A DNA stretch of 64,000 nt. Origin: Clostridia bacterium. GTDB lineage: Bacteria; Bacillota; Clostridia; Oscillospirales; CAG-272. Positions 29,316-38,389 of the stretch are shown in pieces. Both the position numbers and the translations under genes were made by a program. Under the pieces are notes generated by a model. That model saw only the letters and a list, made by a program, of their open reading frames with translations, was not told the origin of the DNA and made no database searches. Position 1 is the first letter of the stretch; every line of letters starts with the position of its first letter. Where the stretch lies: the NCBI GenBank assembly GCA_017461055.1, contig JAFTZI010000027.1, forward strand, positions 6,423 to 70,422, read 5' to 3'.

Positions 29316-31235
29316 TTATTCTCCCTTTGTATAAGCTAAAAGTCCGCCTGCCTTAAGAATATCAATTTGGCGCTTTGTGTAGCTGCACACAAGAGGAATT
29401 TTTTCTCCGTTTACGTTAAGTGTGATTTCGCCCTTTTCCATACCTTCAAACACATTTTCAAGAGATAAAGTGTCACCCTGTGTACATTTTTCATAGTCAT
29501 CGGGGTTTTTAAAGGTAAGCGGAAGGATACCTGCGTTTACAAGATTTGCTGCGTGAATTCTTGCAAAGCTCTTGGCAACAACAGCCTTAACTCCAAGGTA
29601 AAGCGGTACAAGCGCCGCATGCTCTCTTGATGAGCCTTGACCGTAGTTTGAGCCACCAACGATAATTGTTGATTTGTTTTCAAGCGCTCTTTCTGCAAAG
29701 CTTTCATCACATACTGCAAAGCAGAATTTTGAAAGATACGGTATATTTGAACGGTAGGGCAAAATCTTAGCGCCTGCCGGCATAATATGGTCTGTTGTAA
29801 TATTATCGCCTACCTTCAGGGTGAGCTTTGCCTCAATGCTGTTTTCAAGCGGGTATGTGGTTGGGAATGGCTTGATGTTTGGTCCGCGAAGAATTTCTAA
29901 GGACTTTGCCTCCTCCTCGTCGGCGGGCATTACAACCGCGCTGTCATCAAGCTTAAAGGCATCGGGCATTACAATTTCACTGTACTCGCCCAAGGTGCGT
30001 GGGTCTGTAATATAGCCTGTCAAGGCTGAAGCAACAGCAACCTCAGGAGATACAAGGTATACCTGCGCGTCCTTTGTTCCGCTTCTGCCCTCAAAGTTTC
30101 TGTTAAAGGTACGCAAGGAAACACCTGCTGAATTTGGTGAAAAGCCCATACCGATACAAGGTCCGCAAGCGCATTCAAGCACTCTTGCGCCTGATGCCAA
30201 AATGTCGGAAAGCGCGCCACAGTCTGCAAGCATTGAAAGAACCTGCTTGGAGCCCGGGGAAACAGACAAGCTAACGCTATCGTCTATCTTTTTGCCCTTT
30301 AGCATACTTGCTACTCTTAACATATCACGGAGTGATGAGTTTGTACAGGAGCCTATGCACACCTGGTCAACCTTAATTCCGCTAAGCTCCTCGGCACTCT
30401 TAATATTGTCGGGGCTGTGTGGGCAAGCAAGAAGCGGCTTTAGCTCGCTTAAATTAATGTCGATTATTCTATCATATACTGCATCAGGGTCGCTTGAAAG
30501 CGGAGTATAATCCTTTTCTCTGCCCTGAGCCTTTAAAAACTCTCTTGTAATTTCATCGGATGGGAAAATAGATGTGGTTGCGCCAAGCTCTGTTCCCATA
30601 TTGGTAATTGTTGCTCTTTCGGGAACAGAAAGTGTCTTTAAGCCCTCTCCTCCCCATTCAATAATTGCACCAACGCCACCCTTAACGGACAAAATGCGAA
30701 GTATTTCAAGGCTGACGTCCTTAGCGCTTACCCAAGGCTGAAGCTTGCCTGTTAAATTAACCTTGAACATCTTTGGCATTGTGATATAGTATTCACCGCC
30801 GCCCATTGCAACAGCAACGTCAAGTCCGCCTGCGCCGAACGCAAGCATACCGATACCGCCCGCTGTCGGTGTGTGGCTGTCTGAGCCGATTAGGGTCATA
30901 CCCGGAACGCCAAAACGCTCCAAATGAACCTGATGGCAAATTCCGTTACCCGGACGTGAAAATCTAAGACCGAATTTTTTCGCAACGGATTGAATGTATC
31001 TGTGGTCGTCAGCATTTTCAAAGCCTGACTGTAATGTGTTGTGGTCTATGTATGCAACTGACAGCTTTGTTCTGACTCTCGGAATACCGATAGCCTCAAA
31101 TTCAAGATATGCCATTGTTCCTGTTGCGTCCTGTGTCAATGTCTGGTCTATACGAAGAGCAATTTCCTCTCCAACCTTCATTTCTCCTGACACTAAATGA
31201 TTTTTTATAATTTTTTGAGCAAGTGTAAGTCCCAT
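29316..31235 (-). CDS. Aconitate hydratase
   Basis: Aconitase motifs IGSDSHT, CIGSCTNS and CGPCIGM, plus a swivel domain with GQGSSREHAA. 639 aa. Confidence 0.9.
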   Translation of the reverse strand: MGLTLAQKIIKNHLVSGEMKVGEEIALRIDQTLTQDATGTMAYLEFEAIGIPRVRTKLSVAYIDHNTLQSGFENADDHRYIQSVAKKFGLRFSRPGNGICHQVHLERFGVPGMTLIGSDSHTPTAGGIGMLAFGAGGLDVAVAMGGGEYYITMPKMFKVNLTGKLQPWVSAKDVSLEILRILSVKGGVGAIIEWGGEGLKTLSVPERATITNMGTELGATTSIFPSDEITREFLKAQGREKDYTPLSSDPDAVYDRIIDINLSELKPLLACPHSPDNIKSAEELSGIKVDQVCIGSCTNSSLRDMLRVASMLKGKKIDDSVSLSVSPGSKQVLSMLADCGALSDILASGARVLECACGPCIGMGFSPNSAGVSLRTFNRNFEGRSGTKDAQVYLVSPEVAVASALTGYITDPRTLGEYSEIVMPDAFKLDDSAVVMPADEEEAKSLEILRGPNIKPFPTTYPLENSIEAKLTLKVGDNITTDHIMPAGAKILPYRSNIPYLSKFCFAVCDESFAERALENKSTIIVGGSNYGQGSSREHAALVPLYLGVKAVVAKSFARIHAANLVNAGILPLTFKNPDDYEKCTQGDTLSLENVFEGMEKGEITLNVNGEKIPLVCSYTKRQIDILKAGGLLAYTKGE

Positions 31236-31236
31236 A

Positions 31237-32610
31237 TTAATTTCCTTTCAGCATTATACTAATTTCCTTTAGCTTTTCCTCAAGCTCATTTTCAGTAATG
31301 GAGCTTTGTCTTCCGCCCTCGTACTGTTCGTCTACCCATGATTTCAGGGCGATAACGTGTGGGTCCTGCTTTGTAACAGCCTTTTCTCCCTCTAATTCAT
31401 AGTGGCTGTTTATCCAGTACGCAATTCCTGCAAGTCCTGAGGTTTTTGAAACCATAACGCCCGCAGAGCGATTAAGCAGCTTCTTAGTATTGAATATATT
31501 ATAAATTTCCTCATCCTTCATAAGTCCGTCAGCGTGAATGCCTGCACGTGTCAAATTGAAGTTTGAGCCTACAAACGGTGTCATTGGTGGAATATTATAG
31601 CCCATTTTGTCCTTAAAGAAATGCGCTATTTCTGTAATTACGGTTGGGTCCATTCCGTCAAGTGAGCCACGTAATGATGCATATTCAAACACCATTGCCT
31701 CAAGAGGAATATTTCCTGTTCGCTCGCCTATACCGAGGAGTGAGCAGTTAACGGCAGATGCTCCGTAGAGCCACGCTGTTGTTGCGTTTGATACCGCCTT
31801 GTAAAAGTCGTTGTGTCCGTGCCATTCAAGCATTTCGCTTGGGATGTCGGAATAGTGCTGTAAGCCATAGATAATACCCGGAACACTGCGTGGGAGCGCT
31901 ACCTCTGTGTAAGGTACACCGTAGCCCATTGTATCGCAGGCGCGAATTTTAACAGGTATTTTTGCATCCTGTGACATTCTTTGAAGCTCGTTAACAAACG
32001 GTACAACAAATCCGTAAAAGTCTGCTCTTGTTATGTCCTCCAAGTGACAGCGTGGGCGAATGCCTGCCTCAAAGGCGTCGTGCACTGAGGAAAGGTAAAG
32101 ATTCAGCGCTTCTTTTCTTGTCATTTTCAGCTTTTTGAAAATGTGATAGTCCGAGGCGGAAACAAGAATACCTGTTTCCTTAATTCCTAAATCCTTTACA
32201 AGCTTAAAATCCTGCTTGTTTGCTCTTATCCATGTTGTGATTTCAGGGAACTGTAAGCCGAGCTCCTGACATTTTTCAACAGCACGTCTGTCCTTGTCGC
32301 TGTAAATGAAAAATTCAGTTTGACGAATAATACCGTTAGGACCGCCCAAGCGTGAAAGGTACTTGTATATTTCAACAATGTCCTCAACAGAATATGGCTC
32401 CACAGACTGCTGTCCGTCACGTAGAGTTGTATCGGTTATCCATATTTCCTCCGGCATACCGATTGGAACACGGCGGTGGTTGAACGGGATTTTCGGCACC
32501 TCGTCATAAGGATATATGTCTCTATACAAATTTGGCTCTGCTACGTCCTGTAGCTGATACTTATAGGATTTTTGCTCCAGTAAATTGGTTTTTTCTGAAA
32601 TTTCAAGCAT
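31237..32610 (-). CDS. Homocitrate/isopropylmalate-synthase-family enzyme, probable Re-face citrate synthase
   Basis: DRE-TIM metallolyase motifs (TDTTLRDGQQ, HGHNDF). It lacks a LeuA-type C-terminal regulatory domain. Its stop lies 1 nt from the aconitase start. Confidence 0.6.
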   Translation of the reverse strand: MLEISEKTNLLEQKSYKYQLQDVAEPNLYRDIYPYDEVPKIPFNHRRVPIGMPEEIWITDTTLRDGQQSVEPYSVEDIVEIYKYLSRLGGPNGIIRQTEFFIYSDKDRRAVEKCQELGLQFPEITTWIRANKQDFKLVKDLGIKETGILVSASDYHIFKKLKMTRKEALNLYLSSVHDAFEAGIRPRCHLEDITRADFYGFVVPFVNELQRMSQDAKIPVKIRACDTMGYGVPYTEVALPRSVPGIIYGLQHYSDIPSEMLEWHGHNDFYKAVSNATTAWLYGASAVNCSLLGIGERTGNIPLEAMVFEYASLRGSLDGMDPTVITEIAHFFKDKMGYNIPPMTPFVGSNFNLTRAGIHADGLMKDEEIYNIFNTKKLLNRSAGVMVSKTSGLAGIAYWINSHYELEGEKAVTKQDPHVIALKSWVDEQYEGGRQSSITENELEEKLKEISIMLKGN

Positions 32611-32688
32611 CTTATCACCTCATAAATGACTAAGAGAAGCTTGACACATTATGGCTCTTTGCTAACACAGCCAAGTGTCATCTCTCAC

Positions 32689-32702
32689 TTTAGTTGACTA
32701 AA
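32689..32702. promoter_or_regulatory. 14-bp palindrome TTTAGT-NN-ACTAAA at the predicted transcription start of the citrate synthase-aconitase operon (candidate operator)
   Basis: Perfect 6-bp arms located 10-23 nt downstream of the -10 box. It has the same half-sites as the repeat at the his promoter. Confidence 0.35.
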
Positions 32703-32711
32703 ATATTTTTC

Positions 32712-32740
32712 ATTATATACTATAAGGTACGAAATGTCAA
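32712..32740 (-). promoter_or_regulatory. Promoter, perfect consensus TTGACA-17-TATAAT
   Basis: On the minus strand: TTGACA at 32740-32735 and TATAAT at 32717-32712. This predicts a leader of about 95 nt before the ATG at 32610. Confidence 0.6.
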
Positions 32741-32892
32741 GAAATTTAATAAGATTTTTTTGAATATTTTTTCGTCACTTTAAAAATGCACAAAAAACCT
32801 AATAGATACTCTTGTTTGTTTAATCAATTTGCATTAATATCGTGAATAATAATTGAATATAAATGAATATTTTTTCACCTACAGTTCTTTGC

Positions 32893-32942
32893 AAAACAAA
32901 AAAGCGCTTGACAATAATGTACCATTCTTGTTCAAACGCTTT
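32893..32942 (-). terminator. Rho-independent terminator of the large membrane protein gene
   Basis: On the minus strand: AAGCGTTTGA-loop-TCAAGCGCTT (one G-U pair) followed by TTTTTTGTTTTG. Confidence 0.7.
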
Positions 32943-32953
32943 TCTATTTTATT

Positions 32954-35182
32954 TTACTGTCCTAAAGCAATGCCGAATATGCTTGCAATATTATCAATCG
33001 TCTGCTTTTCTGCATCACTTTCTGCACTTCCGTACTTGCTTATTAATGCGTTTTGAAGCGCCTCTGTATCAGAGTCGCTTAGCGCTCCCTGAACGTTGTA
33101 TGGGTCGGTTGCACTGCTCTGGGCTGCTGAATCTATCATTTCTGTCGCTATGGCAGAATCTAAAATACTGTCAACTAAGCTTTCTGCACTTTCGCCTGAT
33201 TTTGATATTCCGCTTCCGTCATCAAATACATTTTCAGCATCTGTGGTATTGTTGTGTGAATCGGTAATAACTGTTAAGATATGTGCGGTCTTTTCAGCCT
33301 CTAAATGCTTTTCATCCTCTGTTGAGCCATCACCGTTTTCATCCACATATTCATGAGTATAAATTGTATCAGCTAAGGTATTTACCAGGTTTGATATGGT
33401 TTGACCCTTTTCGCCTCTCACACCGTATCTTTCAAGGTTTTCTGCCTCTATTAACTCCTTAAGAGCATCACTGTCGTGTGCCATAACCTGTTCTATAAGG
33501 ACCTTAAGAGTCTCCTCCTGCATAGTCTTATCGCCCTCCCACATAGCTATTGTAAGAAGTGTAATGTTCTGTCTTGCAAGCAAAAGACTTTCCATATCAG
33601 CATCGGGCGCTGTTGCACTTTCGATAAAGTTGGAGTCAAAAATACCTAAGTTTGCGCAGGTTTCGGAGTGCAAAACGGAGTCGAGAAGGAAATGGTACAA
33701 ATTGCCAAATATTATGCTGTCACGAACCAGGTTCAAGCCTCTGCCAAGAGCAGCAAAGTCACCCATTTTTACTATCTCGTCAACGTATGTTCCGCCTTGA
33801 ACCGTTTGAGCAAAATATCTAAGCTCCTTTATTGCCGCGGCGATTCTATATCCCTCTGCATTTACCGCAGCCTCATTAATTTTGCTTTCATCGATTTTTT
33901 CGGGAACACCGTTTCCGTATGGGAAGCCATTTACTTTTTCATAAACCTCATACAAATAGCTTTGCATTGCATTTGCTATGGCAGGCACAAAGGGTCTTGT
34001 TCTTTCGTTTCGGTATAGCTCTACGAAAATTTCGCTGTAAAATTCACCGTTTTCAAGGACAATGTATATATCTCCTGTTTCGCTGGTAAGCTCCACGAAG
34101 AAGCCCTTTTCTACCATTGTTTCAATAATAGCTGAATAGGTTCTTAAATCCTTTATAATTGCTTGTGAGTCTGTTGTTGAGCAAACCTGTAACAGAGTTT
34201 CAACTACAGGATTAAAGGTTTTACCGTAATCGGGAAGCTTAATAACAACAAGCTCCTTGTTTTCATAAAGCTCCTTAGACACCTGTGATAAAACGCTTGC
34301 AATTGTAGCTGTCAGATACTCGGATTTTTCTATTTCATCAATTGCATCATTAAGCATCTTGATTTCGTTTTCAGTTAAATTGGCAGACTCTATTCCAAGA
34401 AGGGGTACTATTTTATCGTAAACGTTAATAAATTTGATAGTTTCTTCCTTCAATGAAATTCTAACATCGTGAATCTCGGTTGTTGAAAGTGTTTCAAACA
34501 GCCAATTGCCGCCGAACCTGTCGATTGCGCCAACAACGCCCGTGTCAAGAATCTCGCTTGACTGCTCCTCTACATCTGCAATTACCTCTTGGCTCTCAAC
34601 ATTTTCACCGATTGATGCAACAGTGTCAACCGCATAATTTGCAAAGCCGATAATCGGAGCTATGAAAATTGCCACCGCAAGAACATTTTTAATTGCGCCT
34701 ATTGCGCCGCCAACAATTTTAAGTCCGAAATTGTCGGTTTTGGGTATTAAAAGCTTGTGAACAATCAGCTTAACTACCTTGAATACCAAGCCGATTAGCA
34801 GGAATACTACCATAAAGAGTATAGGCGCTAATATCATTGCGGGTAATGCAAGAACGTAGCTTAAATCAACTGTTGATAAAAATTCGCCATCACTCATGTA
34901 TGGCTCAATTTGAGCAATTAAATTTGTCAGTGTCTCATTGTTAATCTGCTCATTTGCGCTTATCAAAACCTCATAAACCTTTTGTGGGGTTAATATAGCC
35001 TTTGCAATTCCCTTTGCAATCAGCGCAGACAAAATGGCATTTATAAGCACGAAAACCAAGTCTGATAAGGAACGAAAGGTTCCCTTAAGCATTCCAAACA
35101 AAAATCCAATGCCTGCAATTACAAGAAGAATTATTACAGGAATTGGTGTTGTTTCTAATGAACCTAATAAATCCGGTGTCAT
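32954..35182 (-). CDS. Large membrane protein, CvpA-like N-terminal TM domain plus a long helical domain and acidic tail; function unknown
   Basis: Four or five predicted TM helices in the first ~200 aa, then about 500 aa soluble and a D/E/S-rich C-terminus. Start set at ATG 35182 (RBS AAGGAGAGAG). Confidence 0.5.
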   Translation of the reverse strand: MTPDLLGSLETTPIPVIILLVIAGIGFLFGMLKGTFRSLSDLVFVLINAILSALIAKGIAKAILTPQKVYEVLISANEQINNETLTNLIAQIEPYMSDGEFLSTVDLSYVLALPAMILAPILFMVVFLLIGLVFKVVKLIVHKLLIPKTDNFGLKIVGGAIGAIKNVLAVAIFIAPIIGFANYAVDTVASIGENVESQEVIADVEEQSSEILDTGVVGAIDRFGGNWLFETLSTTEIHDVRISLKEETIKFINVYDKIVPLLGIESANLTENEIKMLNDAIDEIEKSEYLTATIASVLSQVSKELYENKELVVIKLPDYGKTFNPVVETLLQVCSTTDSQAIIKDLRTYSAIIETMVEKGFFVELTSETGDIYIVLENGEFYSEIFVELYRNERTRPFVPAIANAMQSYLYEVYEKVNGFPYGNGVPEKIDESKINEAAVNAEGYRIAAAIKELRYFAQTVQGGTYVDEIVKMGDFAALGRGLNLVRDSIIFGNLYHFLLDSVLHSETCANLGIFDSNFIESATAPDADMESLLLARQNITLLTIAMWEGDKTMQEETLKVLIEQVMAHDSDALKELIEAENLERYGVRGEKGQTISNLVNTLADTIYTHEYVDENGDGSTEDEKHLEAEKTAHILTVITDSHNNTTDAENVFDDGSGISKSGESAESLVDSILDSAIATEMIDSAAQSSATDPYNVQGALSDSDTEALQNALISKYGSAESDAEKQTIDNIASIFGIALGQ

Positions 35183-35389
35183 TTTTACTCTCTCCTTAAG
35201 CAATTTTGGAAAATCGCCGCAACCGGCAAAAATCCATACGTCATAAGTAAATGATATCACAAAAGGATTTCATTTTCAATAGATTTTTACTTTTTAGTTA
35301 TTTTTTCACTTTTTCATGCTTTGGTTGCATATTACACTATTTTTTGCAAATAATATGTGAGCAACGAAAAAATTTTAAAGGAGATTAAT

Positions 35390-35935
35390 ATGAAGGCTAC
35401 GGGAATTGTTCGTAGAATTGACGACTTAGGTCGTGTTGTTATACCAAAAGAAATAAGAAGAACTATGAGAATACGCGAGGGAAGCCCATTGGAAATTTAT
35501 ACTGACAGAGAGGGCGAGGTTATTTTCAAAAAATACTCACCTGTTGGAGAAATGTCCTCCTTTGCTTATCAATATGTTGACACCTTAAACAAGGTATGTC
35601 AAATGAGTGTAGCTGTTACTGACAGAGATACTATTATTGCTTGCGCAGGTGTTTCCAAAAAGGAGTATGCCGACAAAAAGCTGACAGACGACTATGAGTC
35701 TGTAATTGAGTCAAGAAATATGTATATTTGGAAAAACGGGGCACCACGTGTACAAATTTGTGATGGCGGAGATGCTTTTGTAAAGTATGCTATGCCTATT
35801 GTTTCCGAGGGAGATATTGTAGGTAGCATTGCTTGTATTACCAATGAGGAAAACACCTCTACCGACCCATCAAGCACAGAGGCCAAGCTGATACAAACCG
35901 CAGCATCTTTTTTAGGCAGACAATTTGAGGGCTGA
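35390..35935 (+). CDS. spoVT: Stage V sporulation protein T (AbrB-family regulator with GAF-like domain)
   Basis: MKATGIVRRIDDLGRVVIPKEIRRTMRIREG SpoVT-AbrB N-domain plus a ~120-aa C-terminal domain. Start at ATG 35390 with an AAGGAG RBS. Confidence 0.85.
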   Translation: MKATGIVRRIDDLGRVVIPKEIRRTMRIREGSPLEIYTDREGEVIFKKYSPVGEMSSFAYQYVDTLNKVCQMSVAVTDRDTIIACAGVSKKEYADKKLTDDYESVIESRNMYIWKNGAPRVQICDGGDAFVKYAMPIVSEGDIVGSIACITNEENTSTDPSSTEAKLIQTAASFLGRQFEG

Positions 35936-35948
35936 TTTTCAAAAAAGT

Positions 35949-35989
35949 GGCACAGAGTGTATGAATTTTACACTTTGTGCCTTTTTTTG
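35949..35989 (+). terminator. Rho-independent terminator of spoVT
   Basis: GGCACAGAGTGT-loop-ACACTTTGTGCC followed by TTTTTTTG. Confidence 0.85.
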
Positions 35990-36016
35990 TAAATTTATAT
36001 TGAAGTTTAAGCTTTT

Positions 36017-36583
36017 TTATGATAAACTTAAGTAATCTAAAAGACCTTGGTAAATTCCTTGTGCAAAAAGTCCCGGGTTGTTTGCCATAAAGCTTGCTTC
36101 ATATGGATTTGAAATAAAACCAAGCTCAACTAAAATCGCGGGCATATTTGTTTTTTTCAAAACATACAGTCCCGGACGCAGCTTTACGCCTCTGCTTTCA
36201 AAGCCTGTTATTTCCGTTACCTCTCTTAATACGTCCTCTGCAAGAGAGGCCGATCTTGAGGGTGAGGAATAAACGAGAACCTCTGTTCCGTTGGCGCTTG
36301 GGGAAACGGAAGCATTTGTGTGAATGCTTATAAAGTAGTCAGCACCCCAGCTGTTTGCCTCGTCTACCCTTACTCTTAGACTTGACGCATTTGATGTGCC
36401 GAGCTGAGTTTGCGGAGTGGGGCGTGACAGTCTTACCTCGAAATTTCCGTTGTTTCGCAAAAGTGTGCCTAAGCGCGCGCCTACCTGATATGTAATGTCC
36501 TGCTCTCTGTAGCCATTACCCTCTGCCCCTGTATTTGGCGGTGACGGATTGTGTCCTTGGTCTACATAAACCTTTATTGCCAT
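36017..36583 (-). CDS. N-acetylmuramoyl-L-alanine amidase (Amidase_3 family), no obvious signal peptide
   Basis: VDQGHN, ADYFISIHTNA and PAILVELGFISN motifs. Start at ATG 36583 (RBS AGAGGAG). Confidence 0.8.
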   Translation of the reverse strand: MAIKVYVDQGHNPSPPNTGAEGNGYREQDITYQVGARLGTLLRNNGNFEVRLSRPTPQTQLGTSNASSLRVRVDEANSWGADYFISIHTNASVSPSANGTEVLVYSSPSRSASLAEDVLREVTEITGFESRGVKLRPGLYVLKKTNMPAILVELGFISNPYEASFMANNPGLFAQGIYQGLLDYLSLS

Positions 36584-36652
36584 TGTGCTTAACTCCTCTG
36601 ATAAAGTTTTCTTTATCATTATAATATGCTATTTTTACTGAAAGGTTAAAGA

Positions 36653-37444
36653 ATGAAGGAATTTAATAACATTGAACATATTCTCAGCTATACAAGAAAG
36701 GCTGTCGAGGAATATGATATGATTGAAAACGGAGATAAAATTGCTGTTGGTGTTTCCGGCGGTAAGGACTCCTTAACACTTTTGTGCGCTCTTGCCAAGC
36801 TCAAAAGAGTTTTGCCTATTAAATACGAGATAATTGCTGTCACTATTAATATGGGTATGCCTAACAGTGATTTTTCTAAAATACAGGGGCTATGTAACGA
36901 GCTTGAAATCCCTTATCATATAATTGATACGCAAATTTACGAAATAATTTTTAATGTAAGACAGGAGAAAAACCCCTGTGCGCTCTGCGCAAGAATGAGA
37001 AGAGGTGCTTTGCACGACGCAATAAAGGAGCTTGGATGCAACAAGCTTGCCTTGGGTCACCATTATGATGATGTGGTTGAAACCTTTATGCTTAATCTGT
37101 TTTTTGAGGGCAGAATCGGCTGCTTCCGTCCTGTTACATATCTTTCCCGCAAGGACATTACTATGATAAGACCTTTGATTTACACTCAGGAAAAGTACAT
37201 TAAAGCTTTTTCTCAAGGGGCGTCCCTTCCAATTATCGAGGTAAAATGTCCTGCTGACGGAAACACGGAAAGAGCTAAAATGAAGGATTATTTAGCCACC
37301 TTTGATAAGCAGCACAGAGGACTTTACCACCGAATAGTCGGCGCTATTCAGCGTGGAGAAATTGACGGATTTCACGTTGACAAAATTGATGCCGAGGAAA
37401 AGAAAAGACGTAAGGAAATGTACAAAAAGCTAAGCGAAGAATAG
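36653..37444 (+). CDS. PP-loop ATPase, TtcA-like tRNA 2-thiocytidine synthetase family
   Basis: PP-loop VGVSGGKDS, Cys motifs NPCALCARMRRG and a late KCP. Confidence 0.75.
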   Translation: MKEFNNIEHILSYTRKAVEEYDMIENGDKIAVGVSGGKDSLTLLCALAKLKRVLPIKYEIIAVTINMGMPNSDFSKIQGLCNELEIPYHIIDTQIYEIIFNVRQEKNPCALCARMRRGALHDAIKELGCNKLALGHHYDDVVETFMLNLFFEGRIGCFRPVTYLSRKDITMIRPLIYTQEKYIKAFSQGASLPIIEVKCPADGNTERAKMKDYLATFDKQHRGLYHRIVGAIQRGEIDGFHVDKIDAEEKKRRKEMYKKLSEE

Positions 37445-37446
37445 GA

Positions 37447-37490
37447 AAAGCGACCAATTTGGTGACAAGTTGGTCGCTTTTTATTGTTTT
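37447..37490 (+). terminator. Rho-independent terminator
   Basis: AAGCGACCAA-loop-TTGGTCGCTT followed by TTTATTGTTTT. Confidence 0.8.
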
Positions 37491-37535
37491 CGGCTCGCTT
37501 TTATTGCTTTTTTGAGGGGATTGCTTTTTGAGTGT

Positions 37536-38375
37536 TTATTTGTTAGTTTCGTTCAAATAATTTATGTATAGGGTATCTCTTAAAACTGCCAAGGTGCCTT
37601 CATCCTTGCCGCCTACCGGTTTACCGTCTATTGTTTTAACTCCGCGCGCCATTTTAGAGGAGCTGGTGATTATTATTTCGTCTGCATCTAACAGCTCGCT
37701 TGTTGTATATTTTCTTTCCTCTACCTGTATTCCGTTTTCTCTTGCCACCATTATTAAGTGGGCTCTTGTTACTCCCGGGAGTATATATTTGTCACAGGGC
37801 GCTGTAATAAGCACTCTGCTTTTAAGTATGGAAACGTTACTGTGTGAGCACTCTGTTACTATTCCGTTTCTATGGAGGATTGCTTCCTCGCAGTTTTTTT
37901 CACTTGCCATTTGAGCTGTCAAAACACTCGGTAGCAGATTAAGCGTTTTTATGTTGCAAAGCTCATATCTTATGTCCTCTCTTAATACGGTATTCATTTT
38001 TTCATATACGTCATCAAGAGATTGCGGCTTTATCATAATGCAAAGGTTACCCTCGCATTTATTGAATGAGTGACATCTTATTCCGCTTCCGCGAGAAATG
38101 TGAAAATATACAAATTTCTCCTCTCCCTCTACCTTTTTCACAAGCTCCTTAATTGTCAAGCTTAATTCCTGCTTACATATTGGCGGAACAATTCCCAAAA
38201 GCTGACAGTTGTGGTACAGTCTTTCTATATGCTCTGCCAAAAGATATGGGATATTATTTCGACACATTACCGCATCGTATACCCCGTCTCCAAAGTAAAA
38301 CGCCCTATCGGTTATCGGCACTGAAATTTCATTTATCAGTCCTATTTTGCCGTTATAATATCCCAAATTATTCAT
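37536..38375 (-). CDS. Class IV aminotransferase, D-amino-acid aminotransferase-like
   Basis: DRAFYFGDGVYD...EHIERL N-terminal pattern typical of Dat/IlvE fold-type IV enzymes. 279 aa. Confidence 0.7.
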   Translation of the reverse strand: MNNLGYYNGKIGLINEISVPITDRAFYFGDGVYDAVMCRNNIPYLLAEHIERLYHNCQLLGIVPPICKQELSLTIKELVKKVEGEEKFVYFHISRGSGIRCHSFNKCEGNLCIMIKPQSLDDVYEKMNTVLREDIRYELCNIKTLNLLPSVLTAQMASEKNCEEAILHRNGIVTECSHSNVSILKSRVLITAPCDKYILPGVTRAHLIMVARENGIQVEERKYTTSELLDADEIIITSSSKMARGVKTIDGKPVGGKDEGTLAVLRDTLYINYLNETNK

Positions 38376-38389
38376 ACTATTTCCTCCAA

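Noticed and set aside
32853-33267. Plus-strand ORFs of 67 and 134 aa at the 3' end of the large membrane protein gene
   Set aside because: They overlap the terminator and the antisense strand of a real gene. Their composition is hydrophobic and low-complexity, and they have no RBS.
35290-35389. A possible forespore sigma (SigF/SigG-type) promoter upstream of spoVT (GCATA ... CAAATAA)
   Set aside because: The spacing and the -10 element do not fit the published consensus well (15 nt spacer, no CATnnTA). This cannot be supported from sequence alone.
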